Shown: one piece after another, positions 10,480-20,689 of the stretch
Position numbering within the stretch: position 1 is the stretch's first letter
Layout: each line of letters opens with the position of its first letter
Assembly: GCA_048571215.1 (NCBI GenBank)
Contig: CP182352.1
Span: 2,176,001 to 2,240,000, forward strand
Length of the DNA: 64,000 nucleotides
From: Halarcobacter sp.
GTDB taxonomy: Bacteria; Campylobacterota; Campylobacteria; Campylobacterales; Arcobacteraceae
Direction: 5' to 3'
Translations under genes and position numbers: made by a program
Notes under the pieces: generated by a model
Seen by the model: only the letters and a program-made list of their open reading frames with translations
Told to the model about the DNA's origin: nothing
Databases searched by the model: none

Positions 10480-13400
10480 TTTTCATCCTTTCTTATCACA
10501 ACCAAGACATCACCACTTTCAATATTGTCACCCTCTTTATATAAGATTTGAGATACTGTTCCAGCAACTTCGGTTTCAATATCCACTTCCATTTTCATAG
10601 ATTCTAAGATAACTAAAACATCTCCAGCTTGAACCTCATCACCCACTTTAACCTCTATCTTCCAGATATTTCCAGACATAATAGACTCAACTACCTCTTC
10701 ATCATCTGCAAGTATTAGTTCATCTTTATCATCAACGGCTACAACTTTTGTATCAAAGCTATCAAGCCCTTTTTCTTTCCACATCAATCTTTCATCTTCA
10801 AAAGCTTTTTGGCGTTTTGTTTGGAAAGTATCAGATACCTCTTTGTTCTTCTGTAAAAACTCTTTGTACTCTTTTAATTTAAATGTTTTATCTTCAATAG
10901 TAAGTGGAAATTTTCCATATAAAAACTTCTCTCTTATATCATGTAACTCATCTGTTGTCACAGGATAAAATTTTACTTGATCAAAAAATCTAAGTAACCA
11001 AGGTTTTGTAAACTCATTGGTTTGTCTATATCTATTCCACATTTGAAGAGTTCTACCAAATAGTTGATATCCTCCTGGTCCTTCCATACCATATACACAC
11101 ATATAAGCTCCACCAATACCCACTGAGTTTTGTGCTGTCCAGGTTCTTGCTGGATTGTATTTTGTTGTTACAACTCTATGTGAGGGGTCAAGTGGAGTTG
11201 CTACAGGAGCTCCTAAATATACATCACCTAATCCCATTACAAGATAATCAGCATCAAATACAATATTTTTAACCTCATTGGTATCTTTTAATCCATTGAT
11301 TCTTCTAATAAAATCTATATTTGATGGACACCAAGGTGCATTTGGTCTTACACCTTGTTGGTACTTGTCAATTGCAATTTGGATTGATGGGTCATTCCAT
11401 GATAGTGGAAGCCATACTGTTCTTGAATCAACTTCAAGGTTTTCAATATCTTTTAATCCATTTACAGCTTTTTTAATAGTCTTTAACAATTTAACTCTAC
11501 TAATAATTTGTGAGTCAAAATGTATCTGTAAACTTCTAATACCTGGGGTTAAATCAACTATGCCATCTAAATCACTATCTTCAATATAACCCATAAGTGC
11601 ATGGATAAAAAATCTAAGCTCAATATCAAGTTTAAGTTCACCCGCTTCAATTAAAAGAAATTCATTTCCTGCAGCTCTTATTGCAATATTAATATCAAGT
11701 TCATCATGCTTTAATATATCAATAATTGGTGTTGCACTTTCTACTTCAAAATCAATAGTATAATCTTCAAGTTTAGGTAAAGTTGAGTTTCTTAATATAG
11801 CTTCTTCATAAGCTTTACTCATGGCATCTGCATTTTCTAAACTGATTGGCTTAAACTTTATCTTATCACCAGCTTTTAACTGTCCCACCTTATATAACTC
11901 ACAAGAGATAATAGTAACAGGACAAACAAATCCCCCTAAGCTAGGACCATCAGGTCCAAGAATTACTGGCATATCTCCTGTAAAGTCAATAGTACCAAAA
12001 GCATAAGCATTGTCATGGATATTTGATGGATGAAGTCCAGCTTCTCCCCCATCATTTCTAGCCCATTTTGGTGCAGGTCCTATTAGTCTTACACCAGTAC
12101 GACTTGAGTTAAAGTGCACTTCCCATGAAGCTTCAAAAAACTCTTTTATATCATCATTTGTAAAAAAATCAGGTGCTCCATGTGGTCCATAAACTACACC
12201 TATCTCCCACTCATTTGATAAACTTGGAATTTGTGCAAGTGGCGTAAATGTTTGTTCTTTTGCAGCATTGAAACTAAGTACATCTCCAGCTTTTAAAGCT
12301 CGTCCACCATGTCCACCAAACTCACCTAAAGTAAAGGTTGAAGCACTCCCAAGATATTTAGCAGTATCAAAACCACCCTCAATTGCTAGATAAGTTCTAT
12401 TCCCATCTCCTATGATTTTTTTAAACTCTAAAGTATCTCCACTCTTTACAGATAAAGGCTCATACATACTTACAAATTCACCATTGATTTTAGCTTGCAT
12501 ATCAGCCCCACCAATAGCGATAATGGTATCTTGTCTAAATTTATAACTTGCTCCCATAAAAGTCATCTCTATAAAGGGTGCATCTTTTTTATTATTTAAA
12601 AGTTGGTTTAAAAGTCTTGGAGTTAAACTATCCATTGCACCAGATGGTGGAATACCTACAGCCCAATACCCCTGACGTGCTGGAAAATCTTGAATTGTGG
12701 TCATTGTTCCAGATTTAATAATATCTACTTTATAAGGTTTATATTCAAAGCTATCTAATACTTTTGTATAAAAAGTAGAGTCTACAAAAAACTCTTGTTT
12801 TGAGATCTCTTCAAGATATGAAAAGTTAGATTCTATTCCATAGATTCTACTTTTCTTTAGTGCATTTTGAAGTTTTAGAACATTCTCTTCTCTTGTATTG
12901 CTTACTGTTATTATTTTTACTAAAAGTGGATCATAAAAAGGGCTAACTTCACAACCATCTTCTATCCAAGTATCACATCTAGTGTCATTTGGTAGCTCAA
13001 CTTTTGTGATAAGTCCAGTACTTGGTTGAAAGTTTTTCCCACCATCTTCTGCATAAACTCTTACTTCAAAAGCATGACCTTTTGGATTGTGCTTATATTC
13101 TAATAAAGGTTTATTATCCCCCGCTGCAACTCTTATCATCCACTCAACTAAATCAACACCACAAACCTCTTCGGTGATACCATGTTCAACTTGAAGTCTT
13201 GTGTTTACCTCTAAGAAATAAAACTTTTCACTTTGGGTATCGTAGATATACTCAACAGTTCCCGCACTTTTATAGTTTACTGCCTTAGCTAATTTATAAG
13301 AAGCTTCAAAAAGCTGAATTCTAAGTTCATCAGATATATTTGGTGCAGGAGTTTCCTCTATAACTTTTTGGTTTCTTCTTTGGATTGAACAATCCCTCTC

Positions 13401-14072
13401 ACCTAAAGTTTTAACATTTCCAAGTCCATCCCCAAAGATTTGTACCTCTATGTGTCTTGCCGTTTGAATATATTTTTCTAAAAATACTCCACTATTACTA
13501 AAGTTTGAACCAGCAAGTTTAATAACTCCATCATAAGCATCAACTAGCTCTTGTTCGCTAAAACATAGTTTCATACCAATACCACCACCTCCAGCAGTAC
13601 TTTTTAACATAACTGGATATCCAATATTTAAAGCAGTCTGTTTTGCTTCATCTATACTATTTAATAGTTCACTTCCTTCAAGTAATGGTACATCATTATC
13701 TTTTGCAATTTGACGTGCTGTATGTTTAAGTCCAAAATCCTCAATATGTTTTGAGTTTGGTCCAATAAATACAATTCCATTATCCTCACAAGCTTGTACA
13801 AAATTTACATTTTCACTTAAAAACCCATATCCTGGATGAATTGCATCTATATCATACTCTTTGCAGATATTTATAATCTTTTCATAATCTAAATATGTCT
13901 CATCTAAAGATACCCCATGCAAAGGAACTGAAATATCTGAATTGATTACAAAAGAGGCATGTTTATCAGCTTCACTATAAATAGTTACAGACTCAATATC
14001 CATCTTTTTTAAAGTTTTTATGATTCTATTTGCAATCTCAGCACGATTTGCAATTAAAACTCTTTTAAACAT
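10476..14072 (-). CDS. uca: Urea/guanidine carboxylase
   Basis: Biotin carboxylase N-terminus, carboxyltransferase domains, ESMKM biotinyl motif. Confidence 0.95.
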   Translation of the reverse strand: MFKRVLIANRAEIANRIIKTLKKMDIESVTIYSEADKHASFVINSDISVPLHGVSLDETYLDYEKIINICKEYDIDAIHPGYGFLSENVNFVQACEDNGIVFIGPNSKHIEDFGLKHTARQIAKDNDVPLLEGSELLNSIDEAKQTALNIGYPVMLKSTAGGGGIGMKLCFSEQELVDAYDGVIKLAGSNFSNSGVFLEKYIQTARHIEVQIFGDGLGNVKTLGERDCSIQRRNQKVIEETPAPNISDELRIQLFEASYKLAKAVNYKSAGTVEYIYDTQSEKFYFLEVNTRLQVEHGITEEVCGVDLVEWMIRVAAGDNKPLLEYKHNPKGHAFEVRVYAEDGGKNFQPSTGLITKVELPNDTRCDTWIEDGCEVSPFYDPLLVKIITVSNTREENVLKLQNALKKSRIYGIESNFSYLEEISKQEFFVDSTFYTKVLDSFEYKPYKVDIIKSGTMTTIQDFPARQGYWAVGIPPSGAMDSLTPRLLNQLLNNKKDAPFIEMTFMGASYKFRQDTIIAIGGADMQAKINGEFVSMYEPLSVKSGDTLEFKKIIGDGNRTYLAIEGGFDTAKYLGSASTFTLGEFGGHGGRALKAGDVLSFNAAKEQTFTPLAQIPSLSNEWEIGVVYGPHGAPDFFTNDDIKEFFEASWEVHFNSSRTGVRLIGPAPKWARNDGGEAGLHPSNIHDNAYAFGTIDFTGDMPVILGPDGPSLGGFVCPVTIISCELYKVGQLKAGDKIKFKPISLENADAMSKAYEEAILRNSTLPKLEDYTIDFEVESATPIIDILKHDELDINIAIRAAGNEFLLIEAGELKLDIELRFFIHALMGYIEDSDLDGIVDLTPGIRSLQIHFDSQIISRVKLLKTIKKAVNGLKDIENLEVDSRTVWLPLSWNDPSIQIAIDKYQQGVRPNAPWCPSNIDFIRRINGLKDTNEVKNIVFDADYLVMGLGDVYLGAPVATPLDPSHRVVTTKYNPARTWTAQNSVGIGGAYMCVYGMEGPGGYQLFGRTLQMWNRYRQTNEFTKPWLLRFFDQVKFYPVTTDELHDIREKFLYGKFPLTIEDKTFKLKEYKEFLQKNKEVSDTFQTKRQKAFEDERLMWKEKGLDSFDTKVVAVDDKDELILADDEEVVESIMSGNIWKIEVKVGDEVQAGDVLVILESMKMEVDIETEVAGTVSQILYKEGDNIESGDVLVVIRKDEK

Positions 14073-14094
14073 TTTTTATATCCTTAAATCTAAT

Positions 14095-14142
14095 TGTGGG
14101 CCGTCCCGATTGTTTATATTTTATAAGTCGTCCTATAAAATA
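14095..14142 (-). ncRNA. Guanidine-II (mini-ykkC) riboswitch
   Basis: Minus strand has two hairpins with ACGR loops (TTTTATAGG-ACGA-CTTATAAAA and GGG-ACGG-CCC) just before the uca RBS. Confidence 0.8.
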
Positions 14143-14174
14143 AAGAGAAGAGGATCTCTTAATCCTTTATTAGT

Positions 14175-14798
14175 TTAGTCTTCCCAAATAATAAGTTGTA
14201 TTGGCGTTGGGTTATAACCATTACAAGGGTTATTAAGTTGTGGACAATTTGAGATAAGTACCAAAGTATCCATATGTGCTACCATCTCTACATAATCACC
14301 TTTTGATGATATCCCATCTACGATTGCAAGGTGTCCATCCTCTTCAACTGGTACATTCATAAAAAAGTTAATATTGTTTGATATATCTTTTGGATTCATC
14401 TCTAATTCGCCAACTAAAGTAAGATAGTTATCTCTACAAGAATGCATATATCTTTTATCAAGTCCAAATCTAACAGAATTACTCTCTGCACTACAATGTC
14501 CACCTAAAGTATCATGGTTTCCACAAGTATCTTCAATCACTTCCATTAATACATTATCATCAGAGCTTATTAGTTTTGTACCCTTAGTGATAAAAATACT
14601 TCCTTGTTCTCTTATTGTATCGTTTGGACTGTATCTTTCTGAATAATCATTGTTGTTGTAAAAAAGTGTATCAACTGCTTGACACCCTTCTAAGTCTACG
14701 ATTCTAAATCTTTGACCTTTTTTAACTACACCAGACCAAGGAAGTCCTGATAAAATTTTTTCATTATAAACTGCATTTTCAATATTTTTTGACATCAT
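14175..14798 (-). CDS. cgdB: Urea carboxylase-associated protein (DUF1989), carboxyguanidine deiminase subunit
   Basis: DTCGNHDTLGGHC, SNCPQLNNPCN; A/B assignment by order only. Confidence 0.8.
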   Translation of the reverse strand: MMSKNIENAVYNEKILSGLPWSGVVKKGQRFRIVDLEGCQAVDTLFYNNNDYSERYSPNDTIREQGSIFITKGTKLISSDDNVLMEVIEDTCGNHDTLGGHCSAESNSVRFGLDKRYMHSCRDNYLTLVGELEMNPKDISNNINFFMNVPVEEDGHLAIVDGISSKGDYVEMVAHMDTLVLISNCPQLNNPCNGYNPTPIQLIIWED

Positions 14799-14805
14799 TT
14801 ACCCC

Positions 14806-15522
14806 TTATACAAAATATCTGTTAGTATTTTGGAAACCTCTTTTAGCTTCCTCTGAAAAATTCACATAATCTTCATCTTTGAATTCAACTGCTTCAAAAA
14901 TTGAGATTTCAATATCACTTGGATTATATTCACCCTTATCCATTGCATGTGGTGTATTTGAAAGAATAAGAAGTACATCCATATGGGCTGTTAATTCTAT
15001 AATATCACCCTTTTTTGCACATCTAGGATTTAGTTCTAAAAGTGAACCCTCTTTTACATCTACTTTTCTAAATAGATTAAGAGCAGGAATCATATCTTTT
15101 TTACCCATCCCATATTTTCCAAGTTCAATTAAAAAATTCTCTCTATCACTTTTATGGTAAGCATTTCTACAACTCTCAAATGTTGCTTCATTTGAAAAGT
15201 TTTCTTTGATAAGTCTATCATTGCTAATACCTCCTAAGGTATCAAATAAACCATCAGTAGTATCTTCAGTAATAGCAAATAAAACTCTTCCCATCTCTGA
15301 AAATAGAACTTTTCCTTTATTTAAAAAAGCATTCCATTGTATCTTTACAGTATCAGCACTATTAAATCGCTCTGCACTATTTGAAGCATTATAAAACATA
15401 GCTGATAAACTTGCATTGTCACCACTTGCTTTTAACTGAATTGTTTGTCCTCTTTTTATAATCTTTGACCATTTCACACTTGAAGGCAAAATTTCATTTA
15501 ATATAATATTTTCACTTTTCAT
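14806..15522 (-). CDS. cgdA: Urea carboxylase-associated protein (DUF1989), carboxyguanidine deiminase subunit
   Basis: ERFNSADTVKIQW, LFSEMGRVL, SNTPH; paralog of neighbour. Confidence 0.8.
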   Translation of the reverse strand: MKSENIILNEILPSSVKWSKIIKRGQTIQLKASGDNASLSAMFYNASNSAERFNSADTVKIQWNAFLNKGKVLFSEMGRVLFAITEDTTDGLFDTLGGISNDRLIKENFSNEATFESCRNAYHKSDRENFLIELGKYGMGKKDMIPALNLFRKVDVKEGSLLELNPRCAKKGDIIELTAHMDVLLILSNTPHAMDKGEYNPSDIEISIFEAVEFKDEDYVNFSEEAKRGFQNTNRYFV

Positions 15523-15529
15523 AATTTTG

Positions 15530-16258
15530 TTATTTCCTTTCTTTACTTGCATCTATATCATTTACTATTGTTGACCCATATCTATTTGGGAAATCTTTAT
15601 CAACTTTCACTTTATCAAAAACCAATACTCTTGTACCTAATTTAAAAGCCTCTGAAATATCATGAGTTACCATCACTACACCAAAATTCAGTTTTGAATG
15701 AATCTCTAAAAGAAGATCATGCATATCCTGACTAATCCCAGGATCAAGAGCACCAAAAGGCTCATCCAAAAGTAAAAGTTTTGGCTCTTTTACAAGTGAT
15801 TGAGCTATGGATAATCTTTGTTTCATTCCACCTGATAATTCATGGGGATACTTGTTTTTAGCATCCTCTAAACCAACTGCTTTTAAAATTTCAGTAGCTT
15901 TATCTCTTGCTTCATTTTTCTCTTTTCCAAAAAGTTTTCCAAGGAGTTTTGACTTTTCAAACTCTAAGCCAATAACCACATTATCAATCACATTTAAATG
16001 ACTTAAAGTTGAATATCTTTGAAAAACAATCCCTCTTTCGTCACTAGGTTCCTTAGGATAATCGTTTCCTTCAAAAAAAAGTTTTCCTCGTGTTGGTTCA
16101 TCTACACCCAATAGCATTCTCAAAAAAGTTGTTTTACCACACCCAGAAGGACCTACTAAAGTACAAAATTCACCATCTTTCATTGAAAAATTTAAATTTT
16201 CTAAAATGATATTATTGCCATACTCTTTCCAAATATTTTTTGCATTTACTAAGTTCAT
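15530..16258 (-). CDS. ABC transporter ATP-binding subunit (guanidine/urea-type)
   Basis: GPSGCGKT, LSGGMKQR, LDEPFGALD. Confidence 0.9.
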   Translation of the reverse strand: MNLVNAKNIWKEYGNNIILENLNFSMKDGEFCTLVGPSGCGKTTFLRMLLGVDEPTRGKLFFEGNDYPKEPSDERGIVFQRYSTLSHLNVIDNVVIGLEFEKSKLLGKLFGKEKNEARDKATEILKAVGLEDAKNKYPHELSGGMKQRLSIAQSLVKEPKLLLLDEPFGALDPGISQDMHDLLLEIHSKLNFGVVMVTHDISEAFKLGTRVLVFDKVKVDKDFPNRYGSTIVNDIDASKERK

Positions 16259-16260
16259 TT

Positions 16261-17073
16261 CTACTCCTTCCCAAACCAAGGAAATAGTCTTTGATTAAAT
16301 TGTCTTAAAACAAAATCAATCAAAAATGCTAAAAGTGTAATCCAAATAACATAAGGTAAAATCACATCCATAGCAAGATATCTTCTTACTAAAAAGATTC
16401 TATATCCTAAACCTTCAGTTGCAGCAATTGCTTCAGCTGAGATCAAAAAAATCCAAGCTGTTCCAAGTGTCAATCTAATAGAATCAATCAACCTTGGTAA
16501 GATTTGAGGTGTAACTACTCTGGTAATAATTTGCCAAGTATTAGCACCTAAGGTTTGAACTTTAATAATCTGTTCACTTGGTATCTCTTTTACTCTTTGG
16601 TAAATATCTCTTGTCATAATAGGTGCAACACCTATAATTATAAGTACCACTTTTGAAACTTCACCTAATCCAAAAACAATAAACAAAATTGGCAACAATG
16701 CCATAGTTGGTATCAGTGAAAAAAACCATATCAAAGGAGAAATGGTAGATGTTACATAAGGAACAACTCCAATAGCAATCCCAACTGCTAAAGCAAATAC
16801 AGCACTTATTAAAATACCCATAGCTAATCTTTTTAGACTTGATAAAGTATCATTTAGTAAAATATATTCACCACTTCGTTTACTCTTTTCAAATGCCAAT
16901 TTACTCATAGAATCAATACACTTTTCAATAGAAGGGAGTAGTTTATCATTTGGATTTTGGGCAAGTCTTGCACTTGAAGATCCAATATAAACTACTGCAA
17001 TCAAAAGAAAAGGTAGAAGCCCCAAAAACAAATTTGTTGTTTTTGACGGGACTTGATTAATTAACCTTTTCAT
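16261..17073 (-). CDS. ABC transporter permease
   Basis: Multi-TM NitT/TauT-type permease in operon. Confidence 0.9.
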   Translation of the reverse strand: MKRLINQVPSKTTNLFLGLLPFLLIAVVYIGSSSARLAQNPNDKLLPSIEKCIDSMSKLAFEKSKRSGEYILLNDTLSSLKRLAMGILISAVFALAVGIAIGVVPYVTSTISPLIWFFSLIPTMALLPILFIVFGLGEVSKVVLIIIGVAPIMTRDIYQRVKEIPSEQIIKVQTLGANTWQIITRVVTPQILPRLIDSIRLTLGTAWIFLISAEAIAATEGLGYRIFLVRRYLAMDVILPYVIWITLLAFLIDFVLRQFNQRLFPWFGKE

Positions 17074-17086
17074 TTTAATATCCTAA

Positions 17087-18166
17087 CTACAGCTTACCAT
17101 CCGCTGCCATTTTCATATATGTATCATCAAATCTTAATTTGATATTTCCTTTATCTCCTACAACTTTTCCATTTGGAAATTCAATCCCAACAAAACCATA
17201 ATCACTTGCACCTTCCCCATATAAACCGTGATTAAATGAGAATTTAGCAACAAACTCCATAGTCTTCATAATCTCTTTTGAGTTATTAAATTTAACAGCA
17301 TCTTTTGCATCATAAAACATATTTGTAGTTTTTAATTGGTCTTCAAAACCAGCTAAGTCAGTACCTGAAGCTTTTGCCATGGCAGTTTTAACCTCTTTAG
17401 CTTTTTTTGAATCTGAATTCATTAAACCCATCATTTCATACCAAGCTCCAGCCATTGCTTTACCAAATGCAGGATTATCTTTTAGTGTTTGAGTATTTAC
17501 AACCATTAAATCGATAATTTCCCCTGGAATCTTAGAACTGTCAAATAAATTGTTTGCCTTTGGCATAGCCATGATTTCACTTACTTGTGGTTTCCAAGTA
17601 ACAACCGAACTTACATCAGCAGTTGTATAAGCGGAAACAATATCTGCATCACTTGTATTTACAATAGTTAAATCTTTTTCAGCCAGTCCATTTAGTTCTA
17701 AACCACGTGCTAATAAATAGTGAGAAATAGATAATTCAACTAAATTTACTCTAGTACCTTTTAAGTCTTTAATTGATTTTGCATTTTTAGAAATAACTAC
17801 ATCATTTCCATTTGAGAAGTCTCCAATGATTAAAGAAGTAGAATCAACTCCACCAGCAGCAGGAATTCCTAAAGCATCAGTATTTGCCATAGTACAACCA
17901 TCAAATTGACCTGAAGTGAATTGATTGATTGATTCAATATAATCGTTGATTTGTACAATTTCAATATTTATATTGTATTTTTTAGCCCATTTGTCCATTA
18001 TTTTTTGAGATTCCATTACATCCCAAGGCATCCAACCTACATAAATACTCCATGCAACTTTGAAGTCTTTTTTAGTCTCAGCGTAAAGAGAACTTGTTGT
18101 TAATCCCATAAACAGAACAGACAGGGTAAGTACTTTAATAAATTTTGTGAAAGTAGATGATTTCAT
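17087..18166 (-). CDS. ABC substrate-binding protein (putative guanidine)
   Basis: Signal peptide, AWSIYVGWMPW; first gene after guanidine-I riboswitch. Confidence 0.88.
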   Translation of the reverse strand: MKSSTFTKFIKVLTLSVLFMGLTTSSLYAETKKDFKVAWSIYVGWMPWDVMESQKIMDKWAKKYNINIEIVQINDYIESINQFTSGQFDGCTMANTDALGIPAAGGVDSTSLIIGDFSNGNDVVISKNAKSIKDLKGTRVNLVELSISHYLLARGLELNGLAEKDLTIVNTSDADIVSAYTTADVSSVVTWKPQVSEIMAMPKANNLFDSSKIPGEIIDLMVVNTQTLKDNPAFGKAMAGAWYEMMGLMNSDSKKAKEVKTAMAKASGTDLAGFEDQLKTTNMFYDAKDAVKFNNSKEIMKTMEFVAKFSFNHGLYGEGASDYGFVGIEFPNGKVVGDKGNIKLRFDDTYMKMAADGKL

Positions 18167-18211
18167 CTTGTTTTCTCCTAAATAGAATTTGAAACACATT
18201 AAGAGGTATTT

Positions 18212-18308
18212 AACCTCCCGGGCTTTTATCCCTCCGTGTAACTCTATTCAAGAGTCGGTTGCTCTCGGACCAGACATCTAATAAAAGATCGGAACCCTAG
18301 CTACCATT
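18212..18308 (-). ncRNA. Guanidine-I (ykkC-yxkD) riboswitch
   Basis: Minus strand CTAGGGTTCCG...CTGGTCCGAGAG...ACACGGAGGGATAAAAGCCCGGGAGG. Confidence 0.95.
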
Positions 18309-18442
18309 ATGTAGTTGTTTAAGTGAGGTAAAATACCTCTAATATGTTTTCGTTGTAAGCATTATAAAAGTTTTTTTACAAATTATCAAGAACAAAACTA
18401 TATAAAAAATATACAGCTATATTAATAAACCCATATTTTCAA

Positions 18443-18871
18443 CTATAAAATTGATTCTCCCATTATCGTAACAACAATATTTCTACTAGTTGCAAAATCT
18501 CTATGTTCACCCAAATATATCCCTTGCCAAGTACCAAGGTTTAATTTTCCATTAGTTATTGGAATAGTTAAGGAAGATCCAAAAAGTGAGGATTTTATAT
18601 GTGCAGGCATATCATCTTCCCCCTCATATGTATGTTTGAAATAATCTTTATTTGATACTATATCATTTATAAAATTTTCCATATCACTTCTAACTAAACT
18701 GTCACAATTTTCATTTATTGTTAAGCTTGCACTTGTATGTTTTATAAATAAATTTATTGTTCCATGTTCAAACTCTTTTATTTGGGGTATTTTTGTTATT
18801 ATTTCATCTGTGACTAAATGAAAACCCCTATTCTTTTTGGCTAAACTGATTTCTAGTTGAATTATTTTCAT
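18443..18871 (-). CDS. yjbQ: YjbQ/UPF0047 protein
   Basis: HTSASLTINEN, PAHIK, LGTWQGIYLGE. Confidence 0.9.
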   Translation of the reverse strand: MKIIQLEISLAKKNRGFHLVTDEIITKIPQIKEFEHGTINLFIKHTSASLTINENCDSLVRSDMENFINDIVSNKDYFKHTYEGEDDMPAHIKSSLFGSSLTIPITNGKLNLGTWQGIYLGEHRDFATSRNIVVTIMGESIL

Positions 18872-18935
18872 TCCTAATAATATTTAAAATTTAAATAAAA
18901 AGCAATAAAATCTTAATAAATATTATGTCATAATT

Positions 18936-19250
18936 GTGATTATGGCAAAAAATGAATCATTACAAAAAAAGAAAACCTTAGGGAATACTCTACTAAGAGT
19001 TGGTATAAAAACTGCAATAGGTCTTGGGATTATTGTATTTATCTATGTTTTTTATGAAAAAATAGATTTCTCAGCAAATAGTTTCTCACCTAAGAGTAGT
19101 GGCAAGACTAGTAGTGCGGCTCCATCAGAATTAAAGTGGTTTAATGACTTTAAAGGGGTAGAGAATGTACCCGTTCAAAACTCTAAACAAAAAGAAAAGA
19201 GTTCAAGTGGTGGTAACTTTTTACAATATGAGGCAGCTAAAAATAAATAA
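18936..19250 (+). CDS. Hypothetical single-TM protein
   Basis: ORF with one hydrophobic segment. Confidence 0.6.
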   Translation: MIMAKNESLQKKKTLGNTLLRVGIKTAIGLGIIVFIYVFYEKIDFSANSFSPKSSGKTSSAAPSELKWFNDFKGVENVPVQNSKQKEKSSSGGNFLQYEAAKNK

Positions 19251-19433
19251 TAGTTGAAAAATTATGGAAACAGTTTTTATCATTTTATCTATATTATTAT
19301 TTATAGTTTTTATTGTACTGTCATATTCTAGTATAAAATATTTTACTACAATGTGGAAGTTTAAAAATAGAAAAAAAGATGGTAGTGAAGATGATGACTT
19401 TAAATATTTCGATTAAGAAATAGAAGATAACCT

Positions 19434-20681
19434 CTATTTCTCAAATACTCTATCTAAAGCAGCTTTTGCTAAATACCTATCATAATAAGCACTATCAAAA
19501 CTTTGTTTTGCACTTGTTAAAAGATAATTTGCATTTATCAAATCAGTACTTGTTGATAAGCCCTCTTTAAATCTATTGTTTACTATTTTATAGTTTTCAT
19601 ATGATTGTTCTAAAGAGACTTTTGCAGTTTCATAGTTTAGTTTTGATACATTAAACTCCTCTATAGCTTTTTCATATTGAAGATTTATAGATAATTTCAA
19701 CTCTTCTAATTGCTCTTTATATTGCATCATTCTTTTTTGATAAATTATATCTTGAGAGTTGTCTCTTCCACCATTAAATAGATTCCAACTCATTTTTACA
19801 GTTGCAGCTTGTTGTTCATCTATCCCTGGCTCATCTACACTTAATGTGGCATCTTCACCAAGTTTTGTATACGATAGACTTAAATCTACACTAGGAAGAT
19901 AATTTCCATTATTTGCTTTCTTTTGGCTAACTATTGATTCAATAGAATTTTTTAACGCTTTTATCTCACTTCTATTATCTAAATAGTTTTCATCATTTTC
20001 ATCAAAAGATATCTCTTTTTTTACTAAATCTTCTATTGGTTCAGCCTTATCAAGCTTACCACCAAGTATATTTTTTAACTCAAATCTTGCAATCTTCGAA
20101 TCAGCTTCTGCTCTTGATAATGCTTGTTTTGCTTGAAGCATCTGTGCATTTACTTGAAGTAAATCATTTTTTGCTAAAAGCCCTTGTTCAAATCTATTTT
20201 TTGAATCCTCATATTGTTGCTTTAGTAATTTATATGCATTTTGTTTAGTCTCAATATTTTTTAAACTCTTTAGATAATTTATATAATATACTTTTGTATT
20301 GTATATCAAATCATTTTTTCTTGCCTCATAGGTAAAAAATGAGTTCTTTTCTAAAAACTTTGAACTATTTAATGTATAAAAATCTTTAAGTCCATTAAAA
20401 AGATTATAAGAGACTATTGCACTAGCAGATGAGTTATCTTTTCCATTACCATTTAAATCCTCTTTGTTTGCATCATATTCATAAGAAAGATTTAAAGTAG
20501 GAAGGTAAGATCCCTTTGAATAATTTACCCCCTCTTTTGCCTCATCTAAAACATAACTTTGTTTTTTCAAACCATTATTGTTTTTTAATGCCATATCTAT
20601 AGCTTTATTTAAATCTAATGCATAAAGATTTATACCTAAAAATGGAACAATCAAAATATTTAATAAACTTTTTTTCATCAT
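19434..20681 (-). CDS. TolC-family outer membrane efflux protein
   Basis: Signal peptide, repeated YLPTLNL/YLPSVDL and YNLFNG/WNLFNG. Confidence 0.9.
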   Translation of the reverse strand: MMKKSLLNILIVPFLGINLYALDLNKAIDMALKNNNGLKKQSYVLDEAKEGVNYSKGSYLPTLNLSYEYDANKEDLNGNGKDNSSASAIVSYNLFNGLKDFYTLNSSKFLEKNSFFTYEARKNDLIYNTKVYYINYLKSLKNIETKQNAYKLLKQQYEDSKNRFEQGLLAKNDLLQVNAQMLQAKQALSRAEADSKIARFELKNILGGKLDKAEPIEDLVKKEISFDENDENYLDNRSEIKALKNSIESIVSQKKANNGNYLPSVDLSLSYTKLGEDATLSVDEPGIDEQQAATVKMSWNLFNGGRDNSQDIIYQKRMMQYKEQLEELKLSINLQYEKAIEEFNVSKLNYETAKVSLEQSYENYKIVNNRFKEGLSTSTDLINANYLLTSAKQSFDSAYYDRYLAKAALDRVFEK

Positions 20682-20689
20682 TTTCTCCT

